64,000 bases of DNA from Oscillospiraceae bacterium (GCA_022800755.1 JAAWQX010000008.1:16675-80674), one strand, 5' to 3'; numbered from the stretch's first letter, positions 17,972 through 28,286 are shown. Notes: a model not told the origin generated them from the sequence alone. Numbers and translations: made by a program.

Positions 17972-18562
17972 ATGAAAAAGGGAATCATCTGGTTGCTGCT
18001 GGTCGCCATACTGCTGGCAGTCATGACCGGCTGCGGTGGGCAAAGGCAGACAGAAGAAACGGGAGCGGACGCTCCGCCGGAGGAATCCATTCAGCCCGAG
18101 GAGCCGGCCGTGGAGACGGAATCTCCTGCCCAGATTGAAACGCCGGAACCGCCGGCCGAGTCACCGGAAGTGACTGTTGAACCGAAGCCCGAACCGGAGC
18201 CGCCTGCAGGAGTGACCTATGCAGACAACTTTTCCGTCAGCAGCGAGGCTGCTTCCTCTTACGCCCAGCAGATACAGCAGGTGGTGAAGGATAAAGACTT
18301 GGAGACTTTTACAGAAATGATCGCGTTTCCAATTTATGTAATGGGTGCGGATAACGGACAATCCATTTCTTCCGCTTCTGACTTCAAGGCGCTGGGGGAG
18401 GAGAATATCTTCACTGATGCCTTTGTTACAGAAATCGTCAGTGCTAATACGGATGGGCTGAATCCCAGCCAGGCTGGTTTTGTTCTTTCCGCTACTGGAC
18501 GGCCGAACCTGGTGTTCGGTGTTGCGAACGGAGAACTGCACATTGTCAGCCTTAACTATTAA
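17972..18562 (+). CDS. Lipoprotein of unknown function with Pro/Glu-rich linker
   Basis: Internal ATG at 17972 with RBS aaaggagag. Lipobox LAVMTGC. PE-rich linker followed by a ~110-aa globular region. Confidence 0.65.
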   Translation: MKKGIIWLLLVAILLAVMTGCGGQRQTEETGADAPPEESIQPEEPAVETESPAQIETPEPPAESPEVTVEPKPEPEPPAGVTYADNFSVSSEAASSYAQQIQQVVKDKDLETFTEMIAFPIYVMGADNGQSISSASDFKALGEENIFTDAFVTEIVSANTDGLNPSQAGFVLSATGRPNLVFGVANGELHIVSLNY

Positions 18563-18681
18563 ATTTCTTTGTGATAAGAATGACAGACGAAATTGTTGAC
18601 TTCATTGGTTTTCCGGGTATAATAGACATATACCGAAAACCCCGTATCCGGGAAATGAAACTATGATTGCGAGGTCAACCT

Positions 18682-19509
18682 ATGAGCGACTGCACACATG
18701 ATTGCTCCAACTGCGGTGAAAGCTGCGCCGAGCGGGAGGAACAGGGAATCCAGAAAGAAAAGCTCCACGAGGGCGCGAAGGTAAAAAAAGTCATTGCCGT
18801 TATGAGCGGCAAGGGCGGCGTAGGCAAGTCCTTGGTGACCAGCCTGCTGGCCTGCGAGATGCAGCGCAGGGGCTTCAATACCGCCATTCTGGATGCCGAT
18901 ATGACCGGCCCGTCCATTCCCCAGGCCTTTGGCATCCATGAAAACGCCATCGGCACGGAGGATTTCATCCTGCCCAGCCGAGCGAAAAACGGCACCCAGG
19001 TCATGTCCATGAATATTCTGCTGCCGGACGAGACGGAACCCGTCGTCTGGCGCGGTCCGGTAATCGCCGGGATGGTCACGCAGTTTTGGACGGAGGTCAT
19101 GTGGGAAGACGTGGACTATATGTTCGTTGACATGCCTCCCGGCACCGGCGATGTGCCGCTGACGGTGTTCCAGTCTTTGCCTGTGGATGCAGTGGTCATC
19201 GTGACGTCGCCTCAGGAACTGGTTTCCATGATTGTGGAAAAGTCCGTAAAGATGACTGCGATGCTCAATCTGCCGGTGATCGGCGTGGTGGAGAATATGT
19301 CCTACTTCAAGTGTCCCGACTGTGGTAAGGAGCACAACATCTACGGCCGAAGTGTCATCAATCAGGTGGCGGCGAAATACGGCATCGAGATTGTGGAACG
19401 GCTGCCTATCGACCCTGCCATCGCCAACGCGGTGGATGACGGAAAGGTGGACACGCTGCCTGGCGGCTATGTGTCGGAGATTTGCGATTTTATCAAATTG
19501 GCACTGTAA
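18682..19509 (+). CDS. Mrp/NBP35/ApbC family Fe-S cluster carrier ATPase
   Basis: N-terminal CxxC-rich MSDCTHDCSNCGESC, deviant Walker A SGKGGVGKS, and CPDCG motif. Confidence 0.85.
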   Translation: MSDCTHDCSNCGESCAEREEQGIQKEKLHEGAKVKKVIAVMSGKGGVGKSLVTSLLACEMQRRGFNTAILDADMTGPSIPQAFGIHENAIGTEDFILPSRAKNGTQVMSMNILLPDETEPVVWRGPVIAGMVTQFWTEVMWEDVDYMFVDMPPGTGDVPLTVFQSLPVDAVVIVTSPQELVSMIVEKSVKMTAMLNLPVIGVVENMSYFKCPDCGKEHNIYGRSVINQVAAKYGIEIVERLPIDPAIANAVDDGKVDTLPGGYVSEICDFIKLAL

Positions 19510-19512
19510 CAG

Positions 19513-19547
19513 AAAACAGGTATCCCAAATTGGGATACCTGTTTTTC
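19513..19547 (+). terminator. Rho-independent terminator
   Basis: acaggtatccca/tgggatacctgt stem followed by ttttt. Confidence 0.8.
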
Positions 19548-19668
19548 GTGTAGAGGGGGCAAATTGTCTTTCTATATAGTTTTTAAAACGAATTTATAGC
19601 GTTATCAAAAAAAGATTTGCAATTATTTGAAAAAGGCGTTATAATAAGCGGCAACATATAAACGGGAG

Positions 19669-20181
19669 TTGAGCTGCTTGACTGAAGATTTAGATGCCTT
19701 GAATGAATACTTGCAGTCCCAAGCTGAAAAAATGCTGCCGCCATGGAATGAACTGCCGGATATTGAATTGTATATGGATCAGCTCACAGGGCTGGTGAAC
19801 CGCTACCTTGGGAATAACACGAAGGACCGGATGCTCACACCTGCCATGGTGAACAATTATGTCAAAATGAAGGTCATGCCCGCTCCGGTGAAAAAGAAAT
19901 ACGGCCGGGTGCATCTGGTGTATTTGCTGCTGATTTGCATTTTGAAGCAGATAATGCCGCTTTCGTCGGTGGAGGCGGTGCTTCGTTCGGGGTTGGAGCA
20001 GGCCGAACCGGAGAGGTTTTATGAAAATGTGCGGCGGCTGTACGCAGCGTCGTTCCAAGAAGCTGCGGGCATCGCGGAAACGATGATCGGCCAGGGGGAG
20101 ATGCTCCACAAGATGACCCTCGCCCTGGCGCTCAAGGCCCACGCGGAACAGGCGCTGGCCCAGGGCCTGCTGGAACTGTGA
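19669..20181 (+). CDS. DUF1836-like protein (start codon uncertain, TTG in track)
   Basis: MLTPAMVNNYVKMKVMPAPVKKKYGRVHLVYLLLICILKQ resembles the DUF1836 family as I remember it. Confidence 0.55.
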   Translation: MSCLTEDLDALNEYLQSQAEKMLPPWNELPDIELYMDQLTGLVNRYLGNNTKDRMLTPAMVNNYVKMKVMPAPVKKKYGRVHLVYLLLICILKQIMPLSSVEAVLRSGLEQAEPERFYENVRRLYAASFQEAAGIAETMIGQGEMLHKMTLALALKAHAEQALAQGLLEL

Positions 20182-20187
20182 GATTGG

Positions 20188-20225
20188 AAAAACGGGAATA
20201 TCCATCGGATGTTCCCGTTTTTTGT
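20188..20225. terminator. Bidirectional terminator between convergent genes
   Basis: aacgggaa-13 nt-ttcccgtt flanked by A and T runs. Confidence 0.65.
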
Positions 20226-20470
20226 TATGCGTTCGCCGCGATCTCGCGCTCAATGGCCAGGACGATCTCGCTCATGGGAACGTCCAGGGCATTGCTGATG
20301 CGATACAAAGTTTCAAGCGTTGGCTTGCGTTCTCCCCGCTCGATGGCGCTCAGGTGGGTGCGGCCGATATCAGACAGGCCGCTGAGCACCTCTTGGGTGA
20401 TCCCCCGCTGCAAACGATAGCGCGCGATCACTGTGCCCACCAGGACAGGGTCAAGTTGCTGCACTCCCAT
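20225..20470 (-). CDS. XRE-family helix-turn-helix transcriptional regulator (81 aa)
   Basis: Start at MGVQQLD (cat 20468-20470) with RBS aggtg. HTH GITQEVLSGLSDIGRTHLSAIERGERKPTLETL. Confidence 0.8.
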   Translation of the reverse strand: MGVQQLDPVLVGTVIARYRLQRGITQEVLSGLSDIGRTHLSAIERGERKPTLETLYRISNALDVPMSEIVLAIEREIAANA

Positions 20471-20571
20471 AGATAACACCTCTGTTGTAGTGTATGCGAT
20501 AGGAGTGCGGACTATGAATACAAATGTTGACATTTGAACACTTATGTATTATAGTAGCTAAGGGTGCGAGA

Positions 20572-21249
20572 TTAACATAATTCGACAGGAATTTCCTTAT
20601 CTGCGATGAGACTGTCCGGCGTGACGATGCAGTCCACGGCGCGGAGATCCACTCCGGCTCTGGCAGCATAACGCAGGGCGGCGCCGAATTCCGGGTGCGT
20701 GGCGTTGTTGGGACGGAAGACGGTAACGCCTTTCATTTGGATGATGAACAGCACCATGGCACGGTATCCGTCCTCCCGGCAGCGGGCCAGTTCCTGAACA
20801 TGCTTCAGGCCCCGGAGGGTGGGCGCGTCGGGAAACAGGGCGACGCCGTCTTTCTCCAAGGTCACGCCTTTGACCTCAATAAAGCGGCGCTCCCGGGGCG
20901 TTTCCAGGTAGAAGTCGAAGCGGGAATCGCCGTACTTTACCTCCGGGCGCAGCTGCGTCAAGTCCGGAAACAGGCGGGTGAGATACTCCGCGGCGGCCTT
21001 GTTGGGGGCCTGGGCGTCCATGTTGATGAGCAGGCTGCCCTTTTCCACGGCAATCAGGTCGTATTGGGTCTTTCGCGTGGGCGTGGGACAGTGCTGGACG
21101 TAAACCCGGACACCGGGGCGTAGTAACTCTTTGCACCGTCCGGTGTTCTTCACGTGGACGGTTTCTATTTTCCCGTTGATTTCAATGTGGGCGATGAAGC
21201 GATTGGGACGGTCCAGAAAAGTGCCGGGGAGGATTCGGTCGTAGGTCAT
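20572..21249 (-). CDS. sfsA: Sugar fermentation stimulation protein SfsA
   Basis: MTYDRILPGTFLDRPNRFIAHIEINGK...VKNTGRCKELL is a typical SfsA N-terminus. Confidence 0.85.
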   Translation of the reverse strand: MTYDRILPGTFLDRPNRFIAHIEINGKIETVHVKNTGRCKELLRPGVRVYVQHCPTPTRKTQYDLIAVEKGSLLINMDAQAPNKAAAEYLTRLFPDLTQLRPEVKYGDSRFDFYLETPRERRFIEVKGVTLEKDGVALFPDAPTLRGLKHVQELARCREDGYRAMVLFIIQMKGVTVFRPNNATHPEFGAALRYAARAGVDLRAVDCIVTPDSLIADKEIPVELC

Positions 21250-21599
21250 CCGTTCAGCGCTTCCAGCCATTCGACTTCCTTGAAGCCGGGCAGCACCTTG
21301 TCCCCGCACAGCAGGATGGGGCGCTTGACCAGCATACCGTCTGTGGCTAAAAGGGCGTATTGTTCATCTTCGGTCATGGCAGGGAGCTTGTCTTTCAACT
21401 CCAGGGCTTTGTATTGCAGGCCGCTGGTATTGAAAAACCGCTTGAGGGGCAGGCCGCTTTGCTTGTGCCATTGGCGCAATTCCGCTTCGGTGGGATTTTC
21501 CGTTTTGATGTCCCGGATGTCAAACGCCGCGCCTTGGGATTCCAGAAAGGCCTGGGCTTTTTTGCAGGTGGTGCATTTGGGGTGGCAGAGGAATGTCAT
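21246..21599 (-). CDS. ArsC/Spx-family (arsenate reductase-like, YffB-type) protein
   Basis: MTFLCHPKCTTCKKAQAFLES...LVKRPILL. 4-nt overlap with sfsA. Confidence 0.8.
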   Translation of the reverse strand: MTFLCHPKCTTCKKAQAFLESQGAAFDIRDIKTENPTEAELRQWHKQSGLPLKRFFNTSGLQYKALELKDKLPAMTEDEQYALLATDGMLVKRPILLCGDKVLPGFKEVEWLEALNG

Positions 21600-22016
21600 A
21601 TTGGAGTCTCCTTTGTCTGATAGAATGGAATCAGCATAGCACGGCGGCTCGAATGCGTCAAGACATGGCAAAACGCACAAGGATAAATGCTTGCTGTTGT
21701 GCAGTCCTACAAAAGCAAAATTTTTCCCCGAAATCCCGTGACTTTTTGCCGTGAAAAGGTGTCTAATATACGAATCTTGCAAAAGCATACAGGTTGACAT
21801 AATTTGTTACCGAATTTTATGAAAATCTTAAGTTTCCCTATATTGACAAAGGGATGGGGCAGGGGGTATACTTTTAATACTACAACTGTATTAACAGAAA
21901 CAACACAATTTTTTTGAAGAATCCGGGCATTCGGATGCAAGTTTGATGCAAACAGGCTATATGATGCCTTGGAACCTGGAAGTTACTTTCACATCATATA
22001 AACAGGAGGAATGAAA

Positions 22017-24449
22017 ATGAAACAGTTCAAGCGTGTTGTCTGCCTGCTGCTGTGCCTGGCCATGGTGTTGGCGCTGGCGGCGTGCGGCAAGGACGAGAAC
22101 AAGGGAAACAATACCGCTGAAGGCTATGTCTATGTGCCGACGTATACCAAGGTACAGGGCGATTTCCCCAATGGCGTGGGACGGTCTATCTACGCTGACG
22201 GCAAGTTCTACACGATGGTGTATGAATACGACAATTACGAGACCTACGAGGGCGGTCGGCAGGTGCTGTACACCATCGACCTGGAGGGCAAGGCCACAAA
22301 GCTGTCCGGTTTTGTTCCGACGGTGTCTGAAGACGAGGACAGCTATAACAATATCAACGGCATGTGCGTAGATAAGGACGGCAAGCTGTGCTTCCTGGAG
22401 ACGAAGACGAAGCAGTTTTTCAACGCGCCGGAGGGGACAGCTAAGGAGGACCGCTGGGATTACTACGACCACTCCGAGAGCACCTATACCCTCAAGTGGC
22501 TGAAAGAGGACGGCAGCGTGGAGCGCGAGACGGAACTGGGCGACATGATCCCAGAGGAGACTTACATCGGTAACTTCCAGATGGACAATGACGGAAATGT
22601 GTACGTTCAGGCGGATACCAAGGTCATCGTGATCGGTGCCGACGGCGAGAAGCTGTTTGAGTATGAAGATGAGGACGGCAACTGGATCGACAGCATGATG
22701 AAGTTGGGTGACGGCTCTGTTGTGTTCTCGGTGTACAGCGGCGAACGCGGCTACAATATCATGAAGCTGAACCTGGAATCCAAACAGGCGGAACTGTACG
22801 CCACCACGGACAGCTATTTCTATAATACCTGCCCCGGCGATGACGATTACGCGTTCTATTATAGCAACGGCTCTTACCTCAACGGCCTGAAAGTAGCGGA
22901 CGGCGTAGGCACCGAAGAGCGTATCCTCACCTGGATCAACAGCGACGTGGACGGCGACGAGATGCAGAACTTCTTCATCAATCCCGAAGGGCAAATCATC
23001 GCACTGACCGAGGAGTACATCGAAAATCCCGCTAAGAAAGACAGCGAGAGCGATAAGAAAATGGAAGTGAGCGCGGATGGAAGCATCACGGTGAGTTCCT
23101 ATGCGGACCGCAACGGCACTTATGACGTGAAGATCCTCACCTTGGTCAAGACTCCCGCCAAGGACGTGGCGCAGAAAACCACCCTGACCCTGGCGACCCA
23201 GTACATGGGCTGGGATACCCGCAAGGCGGTCTTGAAATTTAACCGCGCAAATTCCGAATATAGGATTGAAATTAAGGACTATTCCGAGTACAATGATTAC
23301 GAAAGCGAAGACGGCTACGACGCGGGCGTGAAAAAGCTGACCACGGAGATCATGTCCGGCGATGTGCCAGATATCATCTATACCGAGGGACTGCCCGTGG
23401 CGAAAATGGCCGCCAAGGGTCTGCTGGTGGACCTGTACACCTTTATGGACGGGGACAAGGAACTGAGCAAAGATAAGTTCATTCCCAGCGTGCTGAACCT
23501 CATGGAAACCGACGGGCACCTGTACCAAACACCCACCAGATTTTCAATCATGACCGTCATCGGCAACAAAAATGTTGTGGGTGACACCCCGGGCTGGACG
23601 GTAGATGACTTGAAAGCCGCGCTGGCCGCTATGCCCGCCGGCTGCACGGTGTTCAGCCAGTCCACCACCCAAAGTGATATCCTGCAATATATGCTGTATA
23701 TGGATATGAACGATTATGTGGACTGGGCCGCGGGTTCCTGCAATTTCGACAGCCAGCAGTTTATTGACCTGCTGGAGTTCGTGAAGCTGTTCCCCTCCGA
23801 GTTCGACTGGGAGAACTTTGACTGGTCCACCGAGGAGAGCGAACAGGCCCGCATCGCCAGCGGCAAGCAGCTTTTGCAGGCGACCGGGTTCAGCGATTTC
23901 TGGGATTTCCAGTACAATATGGTAGCCTTTGGGGATGACGGTGTGATGATCGGATTCCCGACCACAGAGGGCGTGGGCAACGCTATGATGTTCAACAGCA
24001 GCTACGCCATTTCTGAAAAGTGCGCCAACAAAGATGTGGCCTGGCAGTTCGTGCGGGGCTTCATCACCGGCGAGTACGGCGATAGCTGGGGCTTCTCTCC
24101 TGTGCAGGAGACTTTCGACGCGGCGCTGAAAGACGCCATGACGCCCCAGTACGAGAAGAACGAGGACGGCAGCTTCAAGCTGGACGAGAACGGCAACAAG
24201 ATCGAAATTTCCACCGGCAGCTGGAGCGACGGTATCAATAACTATGATATGTATGCCATGACCCAGAAGCAGGCGGACCAGCTCCAGGAGCTGATCGACA
24301 ACTGCACCAAGACCATCAATACCGATGACAGTCTGATGGATATCATCAAGGAAGAGGGCGCGGCCTTCTTCAACGGACAAAAGAGCGCGGAAGAGACCGC
24401 GAAAATGGTCCAGAGCCGCGCCAGCGTCTATGTGAAAGAGCAGGCGTGA
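22017..24449 (+). CDS. Lipoprotein: ~360-aa repeat-containing N-terminal domain fused to a family-1 extracellular solute-binding domain
   Basis: Second ATG (22017) has good spacing from AGGAGG. Lipobox LALAAC. The C-terminal ~420 aa are SBP_bac_1-like. The N-terminal half carries recurring D/G-x-G-hydrophobic strands. Confidence 0.8.
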   Translation: MKQFKRVVCLLLCLAMVLALAACGKDENKGNNTAEGYVYVPTYTKVQGDFPNGVGRSIYADGKFYTMVYEYDNYETYEGGRQVLYTIDLEGKATKLSGFVPTVSEDEDSYNNINGMCVDKDGKLCFLETKTKQFFNAPEGTAKEDRWDYYDHSESTYTLKWLKEDGSVERETELGDMIPEETYIGNFQMDNDGNVYVQADTKVIVIGADGEKLFEYEDEDGNWIDSMMKLGDGSVVFSVYSGERGYNIMKLNLESKQAELYATTDSYFYNTCPGDDDYAFYYSNGSYLNGLKVADGVGTEERILTWINSDVDGDEMQNFFINPEGQIIALTEEYIENPAKKDSESDKKMEVSADGSITVSSYADRNGTYDVKILTLVKTPAKDVAQKTTLTLATQYMGWDTRKAVLKFNRANSEYRIEIKDYSEYNDYESEDGYDAGVKKLTTEIMSGDVPDIIYTEGLPVAKMAAKGLLVDLYTFMDGDKELSKDKFIPSVLNLMETDGHLYQTPTRFSIMTVIGNKNVVGDTPGWTVDDLKAALAAMPAGCTVFSQSTTQSDILQYMLYMDMNDYVDWAAGSCNFDSQQFIDLLEFVKLFPSEFDWENFDWSTEESEQARIASGKQLLQATGFSDFWDFQYNMVAFGDDGVMIGFPTTEGVGNAMMFNSSYAISEKCANKDVAWQFVRGFITGEYGDSWGFSPVQETFDAALKDAMTPQYEKNEDGSFKLDENGNKIEISTGSWSDGINNYDMYAMTQKQADQLQELIDNCTKTINTDDSLMDIIKEEGAAFFNGQKSAEETAKMVQSRASVYVKEQA

Positions 24450-24464
24450 TTTAGAGAGAAACAG

Positions 24465-24488
24465 GCAGGGGAGGGCGACCTCCCCTGC
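24465..24488 (+). other. Intercistronic GC-rich stem-loop (no U tract)
   Basis: gcaggggagg-GCGA-cctcccctgc directly after the SBP gene. Likely an mRNA-stabilising or processing hairpin rather than a terminator. Confidence 0.5.
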
Positions 24489-24505
24489 GCGGGAACCGGA
24501 TTGCC

Positions 24506-25441
24506 ATGAAAAAACCGAATTTCAAATTACATAAACAAAACGACGCGCAGGAGAAACCGCCGAAAAATCCGCTCACTGCCGCGCAGAGAACGGATTTCCT
24601 GCGCAGCATGTGCTTTTTGGGGCCGAGCCTTCTGGGCGTGATCGTCTTTTTCGTGGTACCGTTTATTGTGGTGATTTACTACGCGTTCGTCACCGGCGGT
24701 TCCAATTCTACCTTTGCGGGGCTGGATAACTTCAAGGCATTGCTGGGCAACGGCGCGTTCCGGCTGGCCGCGGGCAATACGCTGAAGTTCTCCGCCGCGG
24801 CAGTGCCCTTGGCGGTGATTTTGCCCATCGTGCTGGCGCTGATGCTGGAAGCACGTATCCCCTTGAAAAGCCAATTCCGCACGTTTTTCCTCAGCCCCAT
24901 TATGGTGCCGGTAGCTTCGGTGGTGCTGATTTGGCAGGTGCTGTTCAATTATAATGGTACCTTTAACGCGTTTCTGGCCAATTTCGGCGTGGATAAGATT
25001 GACTGGCTGAAATCCGATTTCAGTTTAATGGTAGTGACGATTTTGTACCTGTGGAAAAACCTGGGGTACAATATGATTCTGTTCATGTCAGGTCTGGCGA
25101 ATATCCCCCGAGAACTTCTGGAAGTGGCGGATGTAGAGGGCGCGAGCCCGGTGTACAGCTTTTTCGCCATTAAGATGCGGTACCTCTCGCCGACGATTTT
25201 GTTTGTGGCGATTTTGTCCATGATCAATTCCTTTAAGGTCTTCCGTGAAGTCTATCTGCTGACCGGCAGTTACCCGGTGGACGCGCTGTATATGCTGCAG
25301 CATTTCATGAACAACATGTTCAGCGGCATGGATTACCAGAAGCTGTCGGCGGCGGCCATTGTCATCGCCTTGTTTATGATCCTTCTCATCGCTGTTTTGT
25401 TCAAGGTGGAAGACCTGTTCGGAAAGGATGTGGAAGGATGA
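24506..25441 (+). CDS. Carbohydrate ABC transporter permease (MalF/UgpA-like)
   Basis: 6-TM BPD_transp_1 type with EAA-like loop (REVYLLTG region). Confidence 0.85.
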   Translation: MKKPNFKLHKQNDAQEKPPKNPLTAAQRTDFLRSMCFLGPSLLGVIVFFVVPFIVVIYYAFVTGGSNSTFAGLDNFKALLGNGAFRLAAGNTLKFSAAAVPLAVILPIVLALMLEARIPLKSQFRTFFLSPIMVPVASVVLIWQVLFNYNGTFNAFLANFGVDKIDWLKSDFSLMVVTILYLWKNLGYNMILFMSGLANIPRELLEVADVEGASPVYSFFAIKMRYLSPTILFVAILSMINSFKVFREVYLLTGSYPVDALYMLQHFMNNMFSGMDYQKLSAAAIVIALFMILLIAVLFKVEDLFGKDVEG

Positions 25442-26316
25442 GAAAAAAACGCTATTTTTCCCGCACCGTGGTGTTTTTGCTGTGTCTGGTGTTTGCCGTG
25501 GCGTTTTTGCTGCCCACGGTACTCACCATTACCAACTCCTTTATGACGGAGGCGGAGATCACCTCCAATTATGGTACGGTGTTCAATACATCTAAAAGCA
25601 ACAGCTATCAATCAGAGACCGTGAACCTGAAATTCATTCCGGACAAGGTCACCATGTCCCAGTATGTCAACGGCTTGGTGCGTTCGCCGGAGTATCTCAT
25701 TAAGTTTTGGAACAGCGTGTTTTTGACGCTGCCCATCGTACTGTTTCAGGTGGCCATTGCGTCTTTGGCGGCCTATGGCTTCACCCGCTGGCGGGGGAAG
25801 GTCCGGGCGCTCATCTTCTTTTTCTATGTCATTTTGATGCTCATGCCCTATCAGGTGACTTTGGTGCCAAACTACTTGGTCAGCAAGTGGATGCACATCT
25901 TTGACACGCGGTGGGCAATTATCCTACCGGGCACATTTGCACCGTTTTCGGTGTTTTTGCTGACAAAATTCATGCGCCGGATCCCATATTCGCTCATCGA
26001 AGCGGCGAAGATCGAAGGCGCCGGAGAATGGTATATCTTTACCAGAATCTGCCTGCCTCAGTGCCGGGCGGCACTGTATTCTATCGTGATTTTAGTCTTT
26101 ATCGACTACTGGAACATGGTTGAGCAGCCCCTTATTTTGCTCAATGACCCGGAAAAACAGCCCTTGTCCGTGTTCCTGTCCACGATCAACCAAGGAGAAA
26201 TCGGCCTGGCGTTTGCCATGGCTACGATATATATGATCCCCTCACTGCTGCTGTTCCTCCATGGCGAAGAATACTTGGTGGAAGGCATCGCCCATCAGGG
26301 CAGTGTGAAGGGATAA
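25438..26316 (+). CDS. Carbohydrate ABC transporter permease (MalG/UgpE-like)
   Basis: IEAAKIEGAGEWYIFTRICLP EAA motif. 4-nt overlap with the upstream permease gene. Confidence 0.85.
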   Translation: MRKKRYFSRTVVFLLCLVFAVAFLLPTVLTITNSFMTEAEITSNYGTVFNTSKSNSYQSETVNLKFIPDKVTMSQYVNGLVRSPEYLIKFWNSVFLTLPIVLFQVAIASLAAYGFTRWRGKVRALIFFFYVILMLMPYQVTLVPNYLVSKWMHIFDTRWAIILPGTFAPFSVFLLTKFMRRIPYSLIEAAKIEGAGEWYIFTRICLPQCRAALYSIVILVFIDYWNMVEQPLILLNDPEKQPLSVFLSTINQGEIGLAFAMATIYMIPSLLLFLHGEEYLVEGIAHQGSVKG

Positions 26317-26360
26317 TGATGATTTTATGAGCCGAATTTTGATATGCGAGGTCGAAACCT

Positions 26361-28280
26361 ATGGATGAAATGAAGGTAAAAAAGCGCGGATGGATCAAGA
26401 ACGCGGTGATCGTGTTTTTGTCGATCATGCTGATTTTGACGTTCTTTTCCAATACGTTTATGAACCGCTCTTTATCGGAGGTCTCTACCAAGCTGGTAAT
26501 CAGCGGTGAGATCACCGCTCAGGTGCGGGGCGGCGGTGTTGTCACGGCAAACGAGACTTACAATGTGACGCTGCCACAGACCCGGGAAGTGGAGTCAGTC
26601 AAGGTCAAGGCCGGGGACGAGGTGAACGAGGGCGACGTCCTGTTTACCCTGTCCGGCAATGTCAGCGATGAGCTGCGGGCCGCGGAAAAGGCCGTGCATT
26701 CGGCCAATGTGGCGTATCAGAAAGCGCTGATCGAGGCCTCGGAGACGGACTATGCCCGGGACAACCGGGATATCCAGGACGCCCGGGAGGATCTGAGTGC
26801 GGCGCAGAATCTGCTGAATTATTACGGTGCCGGCGGCATTTCCGTGATCGACGCCAAGGCCGCGGTGGACAAGGCCAAGGTGGCGGAGACCGATGCGAAA
26901 AAGCTGGTGGACCAGTACACCAAGGAACTTGCCGACCTGAAAGAGGAAGACGTTGATAATGACAAATACTGGGATGCCTATAACGCGCTGAGCGATGCAC
27001 AGAGTGTTTTTAGTGGAAGTGTGAAGTCTTATAAGGGCGCGTGGACGAAAATTGCAGAAGATATAATCAAGTATCAGTTGGAAGAAGCAAAGCATACTGG
27101 CGTTGATAAATTGGCAGAAGCGTGCGCGGAGTTGGCATTTGCGGAGTTCGCGGGGACGAGTACCTCTACCGCACAGGATACCATTGCAAGTATTACCAAG
27201 GACAATACGGCGATGACTGCGGCGTACAATACGTATAATCAGAGCATAAAGTCGAGTTTGAGCACATATATGACCCAGGCTGCGAATAACGCATATAGCG
27301 GAGTAACCGTGTCGCCGGAAGATGCGCTGGGTTATACAAATCTTGTGTCGGCGAAGCGCGAAGTGGAGCGCGCGCAGGAGAAACTTGATGCTACGGAAAT
27401 GACCGTGGGCGGCAGCAATTCTACTGCCCGCAAAAATTTGCAGGATAAGCTGAAAAAAGCCCAGGAAGACTATGACAAGGCCGTGACTGCCCGGGAAAAG
27501 GCGGAAACGGTCCAGACCGCTGCAGAAGAGGCGCGTACGAAAGAGCGCGCTTTGGAAGATAAGATCTTTGAACTGGAGCAAAAGCAAAAAGAGGACAACA
27601 AAAACGCGCAGTTGGCGCAACTGAACCTGGAAGAGCTGCGTTACGCCATCTCTGAGGCCCAGCAGAATCTGGCCGAACTGCAAAAAGATGCCACCGAACC
27701 GGAGGTCAAGGCTAAGGTAAGCGGCATCATCGGCGAGATCAATGTCACCGCCGGCAAGCAGGCTGAGGCAGGACAGACCCTATGCACCATTACGGTTCCG
27801 GATATGGGCTACAATGTCAGCTTTTCCGCATCCAGCGAGCAGGCCCGCCGGGTGCGGGTAGGGGATACGGCGACCATCGCCAACAACTGGCGGGGCGGTA
27901 TCTCCGCGACGGTGTCTAATATCAAGACCGACCCCAAAAATCCCCAGACCAGCAAGATCATCACCTTTGATATTACCGGCGATGTGGAGCCGGGGACCAG
28001 CTTGAACCTGACGGTAGGTTCTCGTGGCGAGCAGTATGAGACCATCGTACCCAACAGTGCGCTGCGCAGTGATTCCAACGGCGATTTTGTGTTGGTGGTC
28101 ACATCCCGCTCCAGCCCGCTGGGCAACCGTTATATTGCTACCCGGGTAAATGTGGAGAAAAAAGCCAGCGATGATACCAATACCGCTGTGACCGGCGAAC
28201 TCAGCGCCAATGATTACGTCATTACCACCAGCAGCAAGCCCATCAAGGACAAGGACATGGTCCGCCTTGCGGGAGAGTGA
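26361..28280 (+). CDS. HlyD/membrane-fusion-protein-like periplasmic adaptor with a very long alpha-helical insertion
   Basis: N-terminal TM. Split lipoyl-like motif (VKVKAGDEVNEGDVLFTL ... AKVSGIIGEINVTAGKQAEAGQTLCTI) separated by ~350 mostly helical residues. C-terminal beta-barrel/MP-like region. Confidence 0.75.
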   Translation: MDEMKVKKRGWIKNAVIVFLSIMLILTFFSNTFMNRSLSEVSTKLVISGEITAQVRGGGVVTANETYNVTLPQTREVESVKVKAGDEVNEGDVLFTLSGNVSDELRAAEKAVHSANVAYQKALIEASETDYARDNRDIQDAREDLSAAQNLLNYYGAGGISVIDAKAAVDKAKVAETDAKKLVDQYTKELADLKEEDVDNDKYWDAYNALSDAQSVFSGSVKSYKGAWTKIAEDIIKYQLEEAKHTGVDKLAEACAELAFAEFAGTSTSTAQDTIASITKDNTAMTAAYNTYNQSIKSSLSTYMTQAANNAYSGVTVSPEDALGYTNLVSAKREVERAQEKLDATEMTVGGSNSTARKNLQDKLKKAQEDYDKAVTAREKAETVQTAAEEARTKERALEDKIFELEQKQKEDNKNAQLAQLNLEELRYAISEAQQNLAELQKDATEPEVKAKVSGIIGEINVTAGKQAEAGQTLCTITVPDMGYNVSFSASSEQARRVRVGDTATIANNWRGGISATVSNIKTDPKNPQTSKIITFDITGDVEPGTSLNLTVGSRGEQYETIVPNSALRSDSNGDFVLVVTSRSSPLGNRYIATRVNVEKKASDDTNTAVTGELSANDYVITTSSKPIKDKDMVRLAGE

Positions 28281-28286
28281 TGTGCC

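Noticed and set aside
21957-23528. 523-aa minus-strand ORF antisense to the solute-binding protein gene. Similar antisense ORFs occur at 23544-24380, 26595-27683 and 29368-30591.
   Set aside because: All of them mirror strongly supported plus-strand genes of the ABC operon. They are long only because stop codons are rare in the antisense frames of GC-rich coding DNA.
24465-24488. Stem-loop after the SBP gene, considered as an operon-internal terminator.
   Set aside because: No U tract follows it and the permease gene starts 18 nt later. I kept it only as an intercistronic stabilising hairpin, not as a terminator.
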